The translations under genes were made by a program, and so were the position numbers. The notes beneath the pieces were generated by a model, which had not been told where the DNA came from, searched no databases, and saw nothing but the letters and a program-made list of their open reading frames with translations. Positions 1 through 8,896 of a stretch of 64,000 nt of DNA are shown in pieces (position 1 is the stretch's first letter; each line of letters begins with the position of its first letter). Source of the stretch: an uncultured Lentisphaeria bacterium (lineage in GTDB: Bacteria; Verrucomicrobiota; Lentisphaeria; Victivallales; UBA1829); NCBI GenBank assembly GCA_905211485.1, contig CAJMAW010000001.1, positions 254 to 64,253 of the forward strand, read 5' to 3'.

Positions 1-1281
1 GATTTTGGAAATCATATCCTCAGTTTCTTTTTCCTTTTCCTCCTCAATATCCAGGCGCTCAAGAAGCCGTTTTGCAAACCAGATACAGATAATCAGGATG
101 CAATAGAGGAAAGATTCCACCACAAAGAGACTGAATACTCCTGCATATTCAAAGACCAGCCCCCCGCACAACGGAGCAAACATCCACCCCATGGAACGGA
201 TGGACGCCGCCCATCCGAAAACCAGTCCCCTGCTTTCCGGAGGGGTTTTCTTGCAAAGCCAGATCTGCAGGACAGGCTCAAGCCCGCCACCCATGAAAAC
301 CATCATGAAACGCATCAGAAAGAGCCAGTTGACCGTAGTTACAAATGCGTGCGGAAGGATCAGGAAAGCCGTGGCGAAAGCCGAAAAAATAGCAATCATT
401 CCCGGAGAGAAACGATCCGCCAGCCAGCCCATGACAAATCCCGAAACCACTCCCGCAATCCCACTGGCCGCAAAAAGAATTCCGGAAAGAATGGAGGCCC
501 CCTCCAGAGACCCGTGAATGGTTTGAACCAGAACGGCAATGTAGGAGGAGTCAAACTGGCGGACAAACATCACCCCGGCCATCAGCAGAAGAATCGGAAG
601 CACAATTTTCAGTTGCGTCGGTTCTACTTTGAGCGAAGCGAAAAGCGTCTCCCCTTCCAGCTTTTTCGGAGGGACAAATTTTTCCCTGACTCCGAAAAAT
701 ATCAGGGTCAGGGAAATCAGCATCAGTCCCCCGGAAAGGATGAAAGCAGTCCTGTAACCATAATGTTCCGCCGTCCATCCTCCGAGGAAAGCACCGGCAA
801 GAGATCCTGAAAAGACCGCACTGTTCAAAGCACCGAGAGCAAATCCGCTGTGTCTGCTCGGAGTATGAGTTGCCACCAGAGTCTGCGAAGCCGAAACCGA
901 ACCGCTCAGCGCCCCCTGGATCAGACGCAGGAAAACCAGAAAGACCACGGATTGGGCCACCCCCATGAGAGAGAGCACGATCAAGCCCCAGAAATATGCC
1001 CTCAGGAGCATGATGCGTCTGCCGTACCGATCCGCGAGAGCTCCCCATACCGGGGCAAACACCGTCATGGTCAGCGGCGATGCCGCACCGAATGCAGCCA
1101 GCCAGAAAGGGAGATCCGACTGCGATACATGCAGATCCGTCTGCATGAAGTATGCGACAAACGGCAGACCGTAGGAAAATCCCATCATGGCCACGAACTG
1201 GGAAATCCAGATGAACGCCAGATTCCTTTTCCAGTAGGCGGAAGGCCCCGGACGGGCTGCGGAGGAAACGGAGGATTTCAT
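1..1281 (-). CDS. MFS transporter (start in window; 3' end runs off the left edge)
   Basis: Absent from the ORF track because no stop lies in the window. My minus-strand translation from ATG 1281..1279 reads MKSSVSSAARPGPSAYWKRNLAFIWISQFVAMMGFSYGLPF...APVWGALADRYGRRIMLL, which contains MFS motif A (G-x-x-x-D-R-x-G-R-R). It stays open for 427 codons of alternating hydrophobic segments down to position 1. ATGA start/stop overlap with the upstream ORF. Confidence 0.8.
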   Translation of the reverse strand, partial: MKSSVSSAARPGPSAYWKRNLAFIWISQFVAMMGFSYGLPFVAYFMQTDLHVSQSDLPFWLAAFGAASPLTMTVFAPVWGALADRYGRRIMLLRAYFWGLIVLSLMGVAQSVVFLVFLRLIQGALSGSVSASQTLVATHTPSRHSGFALGALNSAVFSGSLAGAFLGGWTAEHYGYRTAFILSGGLMLISLTLIFFGVREKFVPPKKLEGETLFASLKVEPTQLKIVLPILLLMAGVMFVRQFDSSYIAVLVQTIHGSLEGASILSGILFAASGIAGVVSGFVMGWLADRFSPGMIAIFSAFATAFLILPHAFVTTVNWLFLMRFMMVFMGGGLEPVLQIWLCKKTPPESRGLVFGWAASIRSMGWMFAPLCGGLVFEYAGVFSLFVVESFLYCILIICIWFAKRLLERLDIEEEKEKETEDMISKI

Positions 1282-4094
1282 GATCCGCCGTCACCTCCCT
1301 GGAGCCGATCCTTTTCACTCGAATCCTCTGCGGGGACGGAAGTGTTGGCAGAATTTTCCCCGTTATGGAAAAAAGTCAGATCCGTGCAGATGCCGCGGAT
1401 GCCGGAGCATTTTCCGAAATCGTCAAAGACCGGCACGCAGGTCATGAGAATCGGGATGGAATTGCCGGAAGCTGCCATCATGGAGCAGGGAGACATGGTG
1501 AACGGGGCCTTTTCCCGGATGGAGGCGGCAAGACGTTTGTAAAAGACGGAATGAAATTCCTCAGAAAGAAGAATCATGGGGTCGGCGCCAATCAGGTCCC
1601 GTACAGAGCGACCGAGTTTTTGGGAAATATTCTCACTGCAGAAAATGAGGCGTCCCGAGACATCGGTTTCCCAGAAAATGTCATTGGAATATCGGCCGAT
1701 GTCAATGAATCTGAGTTCGAGTTTCCGGAGGGAATTTTCGGTGCGTCTGGCAGTCGTGATGTCGCGGGAAATGCCGCCGACTTCCATGACGGAACCGTTC
1801 CGGATGATGGGATAAAGCGTGTCCAGATAAAAGTTTTCGCTATCGTAAATTTTGACGGAATGCTGGAAGGTGAGGGGACTGCGCATGGCAAACACGTTCT
1901 CCAGCATGGTCTTGTAGAAAGTGACCGTCTCATTGGAATAATAATCTGAAAGCATGGGGGGGGCGGCCGATGATTCCTGTTTCCCGATCCTGCTGGAGAT
2001 CCGAGGATCGTTACTGGCAAGAAAACGTCCGTTCCGGTCAAGCAGGAACATGTGTTCGGGGGTGGATTTGGAGAGACTGCGGTAAAGACCGTCGCTGAGT
2101 TTCAGAAGATTCATCTGCCTGGTGGTCTGAGTTTCATCGAAAAGGGTCCAGAGGGAGACATCGGACTTTACAAGCGAGTTGTTTTTCCGGATCCTGGTCT
2201 GAAACAAAGTCGCGGAGGCCCGGCAGGTGACCGACTTCAGATTCCGTTTCCGGAAAAGCAGTTTGAGATTGCAGAAATTCTTCTCCAGAAGAAGCGATGC
2301 CGCCGCGGAATGAAATTTTGCATATTCGTCTTTGGAGGGGAAAAGATGCTGTGTCGAAAGCAGAAGAAAATCCGTGCGGTCATAACCGAAAAAACGGCCC
2401 ATGGCTTCATTCGCGTCGATCAGTTTGAAGGAATCATCCAGAAGGAACATCGGGAGCGGATTGTGGGCGAAAAAGGCGTCCTTCCATTCCATGAGCCCGA
2501 TGTCGTTTTCGCGCTTTTTCAAAATGAGTTTGATGCAGAGCCACAGGGAAAAAATCAGAAGCCCGAGGAAGAACATGATCCGTACACCGAAAATGTACAT
2601 GGTCGAAGGATAGGAGGAGAAGGAGGCAATAATGATGCTCCAGCCGCGCAGAGCGTTGTTGAAACGCGCCTGCGTAAATACAAGAACTTCGCGGATTTCA
2701 GCATCGCTCCGGTTGATGTGGGAGGTCTTGGAAACCATCGGATCCATTGCCTTGTAAATGGGATCGTTTTCAGAAAGAAGCGAGGCGTCTTTTCCATAAA
2801 TGGAAAACAGGGAACTTGCACGGATCCGGTTTTCTGGTGAAACGAAAAAGTAAAACAGCCCCGAAAGTTCCGGCATGGAAAGCGTATCGGTTTTTACGCA
2901 CAGAACCCCGATGGGAACACCCGTTTCAGAGTCAATCCGGCTGGCCGCATAGAATCCTGCCTGATTGGTCAGAAGTCCCCTGTCGATCATGCATGCGTTT
3001 CCTCCCCCCATGGCTCCGGTAAAATAGGATCGCTGTCTGAAATTCGAGTGCAGGAGAAGACTGTTGCTGGATGCAATGCATTTTCCGTCGCTGTTGAGAA
3101 TATAGAAAATCCCGCGACTGTCCATGAAGGCATGCCTTCCGAGAAGTTCATACGTCTGCGCAATGAGTTCCTGACCGTTGCTTTCCGCAAATTTCTGTAT
3201 CACATCCATGGATGCCATGCTTTCGGCCAGTTCACTGATTCTTTTCATCCTGCCGTCCAGACGAAGCATGAGGGTTTCCGTATTCCTCTGTTCCCGTTCA
3301 GAGACATGTTTTTTCGCGTAATAATGAAAGAGCGAGGGCAGGAAAAAGACAAACAGCGCAAAAAGCAGATTCGCTCCAAAAAAGGAAAGCACTGACTTGA
3401 ACGGATGCGGCTTTTCTTTCTCTGTCATCAGGCAGGAGGCAAAAATGTATGTCACACCCAGATTAACCAGGTACAAAGCTGATTTCACGTAGTCCGGCAT
3501 CGTCACTTTCCAGAAGTCTCCTCTTCCTGCCGGGAAGAGTGTTGGGAAAATCTGAAAGCTCAGACACAGCAGTGAAAGTACCTGAAGGCACAGTAGAAAA
3601 AGGAATCTCCAGCGGTTTTCCTCCAGATGCTCTTCATAGTAAAGCTTCAGAAAGGATCCCGCGGCAAGGAGATGTGCGGGAAGCGCAAGAAAGAAAAAGG
3701 GGTAGGCGATTGTGGATGATCCAGTCAGAGTCATCACCCCGCACGTCAGAAGCATCGCAAACATGATCGCCACCGATGAAATCAGAATGCGGACAAACAA
3801 TATCCGCATCGCAAACATAAGCAGCAGCACGTTGGCAAGAATGAAGAACAGCAGCCTCAGATATCCTGCTATGGACATCTGCGGATAGAATTCCAGATAT
3901 GCCCCCAGCATAAGAACGAATCCTGAAATCAAATAATACATGGAAAAACAGAGGGCACGTTTCCCGTTCAAATTTTCCGGCAGACTCCCTGAAAGGAATA
4001 CAGCCGCAATCATGATTCCGGATGCAATGCAGGAAAAGCTTTCCAGAAAATAAATCGTATCGGAAATATTCGTAAGGGAAATCATTGTTTCCAT
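1278..4094 (-). CDS. Polytopic membrane sensor with Cache-like periplasmic domain and three PAS-like domains; no recognisable output domain
   Basis: 938-aa ORF. The N-terminal ~270 aa has about 8 hydrophobic segments. A Cache-like stretch follows (SYFTGAMGGGNACMIDRG...GFYAASRI...GVLCVKTD), closed by another TM segment (IMFFLGLLIFSLWLCIKLIL). Then come PAS-like repeats (PLPMFLLDDSFKLIDANEAMGRFFGY; HMFLLDRNGRFLASN; IFWETDVSGRLIFCSENISQKLG). No HisKA/HATPase, GGDEF, EAL, HD or HTH motif seen. Overlaps both the moxR-like gene and the MFS gene. Confidence 0.85.
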   Translation of the reverse strand: METMISLTNISDTIYFLESFSCIASGIMIAAVFLSGSLPENLNGKRALCFSMYYLISGFVLMLGAYLEFYPQMSIAGYLRLLFFILANVLLLMFAMRILFVRILISSVAIMFAMLLTCGVMTLTGSSTIAYPFFFLALPAHLLAAGSFLKLYYEEHLEENRWRFLFLLCLQVLSLLCLSFQIFPTLFPAGRGDFWKVTMPDYVKSALYLVNLGVTYIFASCLMTEKEKPHPFKSVLSFFGANLLFALFVFFLPSLFHYYAKKHVSEREQRNTETLMLRLDGRMKRISELAESMASMDVIQKFAESNGQELIAQTYELLGRHAFMDSRGIFYILNSDGKCIASSNSLLLHSNFRQRSYFTGAMGGGNACMIDRGLLTNQAGFYAASRIDSETGVPIGVLCVKTDTLSMPELSGLFYFFVSPENRIRASSLFSIYGKDASLLSENDPIYKAMDPMVSKTSHINRSDAEIREVLVFTQARFNNALRGWSIIIASFSSYPSTMYIFGVRIMFFLGLLIFSLWLCIKLILKKRENDIGLMEWKDAFFAHNPLPMFLLDDSFKLIDANEAMGRFFGYDRTDFLLLSTQHLFPSKDEYAKFHSAAASLLLEKNFCNLKLLFRKRNLKSVTCRASATLFQTRIRKNNSLVKSDVSLWTLFDETQTTRQMNLLKLSDGLYRSLSKSTPEHMFLLDRNGRFLASNDPRISSRIGKQESSAAPPMLSDYYSNETVTFYKTMLENVFAMRSPLTFQHSVKIYDSENFYLDTLYPIIRNGSVMEVGGISRDITTARRTENSLRKLELRFIDIGRYSNDIFWETDVSGRLIFCSENISQKLGRSVRDLIGADPMILLSEEFHSVFYKRLAASIREKAPFTMSPCSMMAASGNSIPILMTCVPVFDDFGKCSGIRGICTDLTFFHNGENSANTSVPAEDSSEKDRLQGGDGGS

Positions 4095-5158
4095 GTGGAT
4101 TCCGTTCTGTTGTTTACGGCTGAAAGCTCGACTCCGGCGGGGAGCCCGCTTTTGCCCGTTCCCGTGGCATCACGGATTTTCAGGGCCAGTTCATAGGGAC
4201 TGATCTTCTCTGCTTTCGCTCGGTAATCCAGAGTGATTCTATGCTGAATGGCCCAGGGAGCGACCTCGTTCACATCCGCAAAACCCGCTGTCGGCCTGGA
4301 ATCCAGAAGCGCCAGGGCGCGGGCGCTTTCCGCAATGGCAATCGCCGCCCTGGGCGATGCTCCGTGACGTATGTAACAGGAAAGTCCCGGAATTCCTGCT
4401 TCAGGATCCGAATTTTTCACCATCCGTGCAATGTAGGAGGCCACCGCGCGAGGTATCCGGATGCGGTCCACCATGGCAAAGGCTTCCTTCAGATCCTCCT
4501 TCCCCATCTCCGGCTTGAAAACGGGTGCTTCCCCCCGGTGACGTTCCAGAACGATCCGTTCCAGTGATGCGACGTCCGGGGCGTCCACATTCAGTTTGAA
4601 GAGAAAACGGTCCAGCTGGGCTTCCGGCAGGGGATAGGTTCCTTCGAGTTCAATAGGGTTTTGTGTTGCCAGGACGAAGAAGGGGTCCGGCAGCGCCATC
4701 GTCTCCCCCATGAGTGTGACGGTCCGTTCCTGCATGGCTTCGAGCAGCGCGGACTGGGTTTTTGGAGAGGCTCTGTTGATTTCGTCTCCGAGCAGCAGAT
4801 GTGTGAAAATCGGTCCCGGCTGGAAACGCATTTCTCTGTGTCCGGAAGCGGTTTCCTGGAGGATATGAGCTCCCAGAATATCTCCCGGCAGCAGGTCCGG
4901 AGTGAACTGAACGCGTTTGAAGGTCAGATCCAGCAGTTGTCCGAGGGCGTTGACCAGTGCGGTTTTCCCGAGTCCCGGGAGTCCTTCGAGCAGGACATGG
5001 CCTCTGGCAAGGATGGCGGTCAGAAGCAGGCGGTGCAGACGGGTCCGTCCGAACAGGCAGGAGTCGAGTTTTTGAAGAATCTGTTCCAGTTTGCGGGAAA
5101 CGGCATTTATTTCATCGGGCTCCGGCATGGTTCCGGATTCCGCTTTGGCGTCGGGCAT
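4082..5158 (-). CDS. MoxR-family AAA+ ATPase
   Basis: Walker A LLEGLPGLGKTALVNALG. MoxR/AAA_3-type block FFVLATQNPIELEGTYPLPEAQLDRF. Start placed at ATG 5158, preceded by AGGAG 7 nt upstream (the ORF-track start at 5212 would add 18 aa). Confidence 0.9.
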   Translation of the reverse strand: MPDAKAESGTMPEPDEINAVSRKLEQILQKLDSCLFGRTRLHRLLLTAILARGHVLLEGLPGLGKTALVNALGQLLDLTFKRVQFTPDLLPGDILGAHILQETASGHREMRFQPGPIFTHLLLGDEINRASPKTQSALLEAMQERTVTLMGETMALPDPFFVLATQNPIELEGTYPLPEAQLDRFLFKLNVDAPDVASLERIVLERHRGEAPVFKPEMGKEDLKEAFAMVDRIRIPRAVASYIARMVKNSDPEAGIPGLSCYIRHGASPRAAIAIAESARALALLDSRPTAGFADVNEVAPWAIQHRITLDYRAKAEKISPYELALKIRDATGTGKSGLPAGVELSAVNNRTESTWKQ

Positions 5159-5312
5159 TTGAGACTCCTGTTTTCTGAATGACAAAAAAACGCATTCCTG
5201 AGAAAACCTCACTGGGGAATATAATACCGCTTTTTCCGGATTGCCATTTCTTTTTTTTGAAAAAGATGCAAAAACTTACGTTTTTCACAATCGTGATTCA
5301 TCATTCTGCAGA

Positions 5313-5768
5313 TCAGAGAAAATCTTTCCGGACGGGAATGGCTTTTTTCCCCTGGAAGCAGATGGGTTCTCCGCAGCGGGAATATCCTGATTTTTCATAG
5401 AAGCCGATGGCATTGAGTGAGCTGTGAAAAGCCAGGGATTTTTTTCCTTCAAAGCGTGCCAGTGCTTCGAGTGTATGCAGGAGTTTTTTCCCGACTCCAG
5501 CTCCGGTAAAATCCGGACAGACGTACAGTGCGAGTGTTCCCAGGGAAAAAGATCCGCAGCAGAATCCTGCGGGATGCCCGTCTTTTTCGGCGAGGAAGAA
5601 GAATTCTTCGCATCGGAGCAGTTCCCGGATCCTGCGCGGTGTTTTGTCCGACGCCCATGCTTCGATAATTTCGGGGGGATAACACTCTCTGCAAAGCTCC
5701 CGGATGCTTCTCTGCCAGAGTTCAGAAAGGATTTTCGCATCGGACTCTTTTGCCTGACGAATTCTCAT
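5313..5768 (-). CDS. GNAT-family N-acetyltransferase
   Basis: 151-aa ORF. Acetyl-CoA-binding-type motif FTGAGVGKKLL, and typical GNAT length and layout (MRIRQAKESDAKILSELW...). Confidence 0.8.
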   Translation of the reverse strand: MRIRQAKESDAKILSELWQRSIRELCRECYPPEIIEAWASDKTPRRIRELLRCEEFFFLAEKDGHPAGFCCGSFSLGTLALYVCPDFTGAGVGKKLLHTLEALARFEGKKSLAFHSSLNAIGFYEKSGYSRCGEPICFQGKKAIPVRKDFL

Positions 5769-5903
5769 GGATATTTCTCCTGAGTCTCATGTGAAAAAGC
5801 GGAACCGTGATTCAAGTCTGAGTGAAATCACAGATTTCTAGGGCAGAACGGATAGAAAGAAAAACAGTTCGCACCGGCAGAATCACCGACTGCATTTTAA
5901 AAA

Positions 5904-5988
5904 TGGTGGTGGGGGATGGATTCGAACCATCGAAGGTGTAACCGGTAGATTTACAGTCTACTGCATTTGGCCGCTCTGCAACCCCACC
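5904..5988 (-). tRNA. tRNA-Tyr (anticodon GTA), CCA encoded
   Basis: Reverse complement reads GGTGGGGTTGCAGAGCGGCCAAATGCAGTAGACTGTAAATCTACCGGTTACACCTTCGATGGTTCGAATCCATCCCCCACCACCA. It has a 7-bp acceptor stem, the anticodon loop CTGTAAA, a long variable arm and a GTTCGAATC T-loop. Confidence 0.93.
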
Positions 5989-5999
5989 TGCAGAAAATC

Positions 6000-6073
6000 T
6001 GGAGCGGGTAGAGGGAATCGAACCCTCACAATTAGCTTGGAAGGCTAATGTTCTACCTTTGAACTATACCCGC
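6000..6073 (-). tRNA. tRNA-Gly (anticodon TCC), CCA encoded
   Basis: Reverse complement reads GCGGGTATAGTTCAAAGGTAGAACATTAGCCTTCCAAGCTAATTGTGAGGGTTCGATTCCCTCTACCCGCTCCA. Clean cloverleaf with anticodon loop CTTCCAA. Confidence 0.93.
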
Positions 6074-6101
6074 ATCGCAAGCCTCATTCACATGAATCTT
6101 T

Positions 6102-6129
6102 AATCTATCATCATTTTCTCAGATGTCAA
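6102..6129 (-). promoter_or_regulatory. Candidate sigma-70-type promoter for the tRNA-Gly/tRNA-Tyr pair
   Basis: Minus strand reads TTGACA-16 nt-TAGATT, about 30 nt upstream of the tRNA-Gly 5' end. Confidence 0.35.
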
Positions 6130-6472
6130 ATGCTTCATCCGGGAAAATCAGGGAAAGTTTTGCAGAGTCTTTTCTTTGCTGCTTTTCCTCTCCGCGGCGG
6201 ATTGGAAAGAGCGGGAGGAAGAACGTGTCCGGGAAAACCTTTCCCCCCGCCTGAATCATCCGGGAGAATGCGCAGAGTGAAAATCAGACGGAAGATCGCA
6301 TGGCGACGGAATGAAACGTTTCCCAAAAGGTGAGAGAAAAGGAAAAAAACACGTGCCCGGGACCCTCTCTTTTCCCCCTCCTGCCGGGTATCATCTGTCT
6401 CTTCCTGCTCCGCCAAAGATGTCCGATCCGGCAGCTTCGGCTCTTCTGTCTTCAGTGTCGGAGGAGCGGGAA

Positions 6473-8518
6473 TCAAATCCCGTCATTCTGCTGCACGGCA
6501 AACTGCGTGTCGTGGAGGCGTTTGTATCTTCCGCCCCTTGCCAGGAGCTCCGCATGAGTGCCGGATTCGACAATGTGCCCCTTGTCCAGCACAATGATCA
6601 GATCCGCATGCTGAATGGTGCTCAGACGGTGTGCTATGGCGAAAACTGTTCTGTTGGACATGACGCGGTTGAGAGCGTCCTGAACCAGTTTTTCCGTGAC
6701 CGTGTCCAGTGCGCTGGTGGCTTCGTCCAGAATCAGGATCGGCGGATTTTTCAGAATGGCCCTTGCAATGGCCACACGCTGTTTTTCACCGCCGCTGAGT
6801 TTGCAGCCTTTTTCCCCGACTTCAGTGTCATAGCCTTCGCGGTGGCGTCCGTCCACAATGAAGTCATGGGCGTTTGCCTGTTTCGCGGCGAGGACGATGT
6901 CTTCCCGGCTGACGTCCCGGCAGCCGTAGGAAATGTTGTTCGCAATGGTGTCGTTGAAAAGAATCGGATCCTGGGTGACAATCCCGATGTGGGCGCGAAG
7001 GGACTTGATCGAATACTTGCGCACCGGAATATCGTCGATCAGCACCTCTCCGGAATTGACGTCGTAAAAACGTGCGATCAGATTGGCAATGGTGGTTTTC
7101 CCGGAACCGGTCTGCCCGACCACCGCAACCATGCTCCCTTTCGGAATCCGGAAAGAGATCCCGTTCAGTATCTGCTTGTCTTCATAGGCGAAGCGGACGT
7201 CCCGGAATTCAATGCCGCGCTCAAACTGCTTCAGTTCCACCGGATGCGGATCTTCTTTGATGGAAGTGTCCGTGTCGATCAGTGCAAAATAGCGGTCCGC
7301 CGCCGCCATGCTCCGCTGGAGATGAGAAACGACTTTCGCCAGATCCTTGATCGGGCGGTAGGCCAGAATTGCCGGTGTCAAAATCACCAGCATTTCCGTG
7401 ATGTTTACACCCTTGCTGTAGGAGTAGAGCAGAAAGATCAGCGTCGCAGCAATAGCGACGACTTCCATCAGCGGCTGCATCATCAGCTGAAGAAAAGTTG
7501 CATGGATCACGGCCCGGAAGTATTTGTCGTTCGCGCGCCGGAACACGTTCATTTCGTGCTTTTCCGTATTGTAAGCCTTGATGATCATGATTCCCGTGAA
7601 CGTTTCATGCATGCGGGAAAGAATGTCGGCGATCTTCGCAAAGGACTTCTTGTAGATCTTGCGGATTTTCCGCGCCAGAATGATGATGGGCAGCACACAG
7701 GCCGGCATCCCGATGAACAGCAGAAGAAGCAGCCCGTAGTTCCCGTAGTTCCAGCTCGCAGTGATGATGGCGGCGGCGCAGGCGACAATTTCGATCGGAC
7801 AGCGCGTCGCGTCCGCTATGGTGTCGGAAACGGAGCTTTCGATGGCGGAGGTGTCATTCGTGCAGCGGCTGATGAGGTGCCCGATGTCCTGCTTCCCGTA
7901 GAATTTCAGCGACTGCCCCAGCAGACACTGGTAGATGTCGTTGCGCATGTCCGTAATGACGCGCGCACCCACCCAGCGCGTGAAATAGTGGTTGACGAAC
8001 GTCGCAATATTTTTCAGCGTCCAGATCAGAATGAAGAGCACCACGTAGATCGCGAAGAACTGCCAGGTGATCCTGCCGAAACTGTCCACGACGGGGAAGG
8101 AAAACTCAAACGGCTTCTCCACTTCAATCGAGGTCTTCCCCACATGGACGGGAAGACCCAGTTTCTCCGAATATTTCCGGAGTTCATTCATGGCCTTGGT
8201 CAGTTTCGGGTCATTGTCCGAAGGATGCAGAAGTTCGGCAACGGCTTTTTCCTTCTCCTCCGCTGTAAGCCCCGGCTTTTCCGTCTCTTCGACAATCCGG
8301 GCCGCGGTCTGATTCAGCTGCTGCCTTGTTGCGGAATCCTGGTCTACAATCATCAGCATATTGGGAATCATCATCATGCTGCCGAAGAGGGAGCCTCCCA
8401 CCACCAGTCCTGCCACAATGCCGATGGTCAGACGGAACCAGTAGGGCTTGCAGCATTTCAGAAGCCTGAAATAGCTGACGGACTTGAAATCTTTTTCATT
8501 TTCGTTGCGTTTGCTCAT
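6473..8518 (-). CDS. ABC exporter, fused permease/ATPase (MsbA/lipid-A-exporter-like) with enlarged first periplasmic loop
   Basis: 681-aa ORF with a six-TM exporter domain followed by an NBD. Walker A GQTGSGKTT, signature LSGGEKQRVAIARA, Walker B ILILDEATSALD. Confidence 0.9.
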   Translation of the reverse strand: MSKRNENEKDFKSVSYFRLLKCCKPYWFRLTIGIVAGLVVGGSLFGSMMMIPNMLMIVDQDSATRQQLNQTAARIVEETEKPGLTAEEKEKAVAELLHPSDNDPKLTKAMNELRKYSEKLGLPVHVGKTSIEVEKPFEFSFPVVDSFGRITWQFFAIYVVLFILIWTLKNIATFVNHYFTRWVGARVITDMRNDIYQCLLGQSLKFYGKQDIGHLISRCTNDTSAIESSVSDTIADATRCPIEIVACAAAIITASWNYGNYGLLLLLFIGMPACVLPIIILARKIRKIYKKSFAKIADILSRMHETFTGIMIIKAYNTEKHEMNVFRRANDKYFRAVIHATFLQLMMQPLMEVVAIAATLIFLLYSYSKGVNITEMLVILTPAILAYRPIKDLAKVVSHLQRSMAAADRYFALIDTDTSIKEDPHPVELKQFERGIEFRDVRFAYEDKQILNGISFRIPKGSMVAVVGQTGSGKTTIANLIARFYDVNSGEVLIDDIPVRKYSIKSLRAHIGIVTQDPILFNDTIANNISYGCRDVSREDIVLAAKQANAHDFIVDGRHREGYDTEVGEKGCKLSGGEKQRVAIARAILKNPPILILDEATSALDTVTEKLVQDALNRVMSNRTVFAIAHRLSTIQHADLIIVLDKGHIVESGTHAELLARGGRYKRLHDTQFAVQQNDGI

Positions 8519-8896
8519 TTCTTGTTCCCGGTCGATGTTGAGGGGTCAGGCGGTCTGCCGTGATTTGCTGTCTGTCTCCGCAGGAGATCCGGTATGCCTC
8601 AGGGGCGGTTCTTCGCTTGGAGATCCCGCCGGACTCTTGTTGAATTTCCCGCATTTTGATTGTATGAATTCCGCAGAAAACTGTAAATCCCGCGTTCAGT
8701 CTGCCAGTCCATAAGATATGATATCAGGAGATGCGGGAAAGAACACTAAGATAACCCTTCTTTTTCTGCTTTTCAAGTTTGCTTGCAGATTTTTCAGTTT
8801 TGCGTGGAGGAAACAGGCCCGGTCACTGTGTCGGGGAAACAGAGACGTGAGAATCTTCAGCCTCTCCCGGAGAAGTTTTCTTTTCCGGGGAGAAGC

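Noticed and set aside
5904-6073. tRNA-linked genomic island or integrated element (also considered at tRNA-Ser, 19721..19811)
   Set aside because: I found no integrase, no duplicated tRNA 3' segment serving as an att site, and no compositional break flanking either tRNA locus.
6311-8563. 750-aa ORF on the plus strand
   Set aside because: It is the antisense shadow of the MsbA-like ABC exporter, whose Walker A/B and signature motifs unambiguously identify the minus strand as coding.
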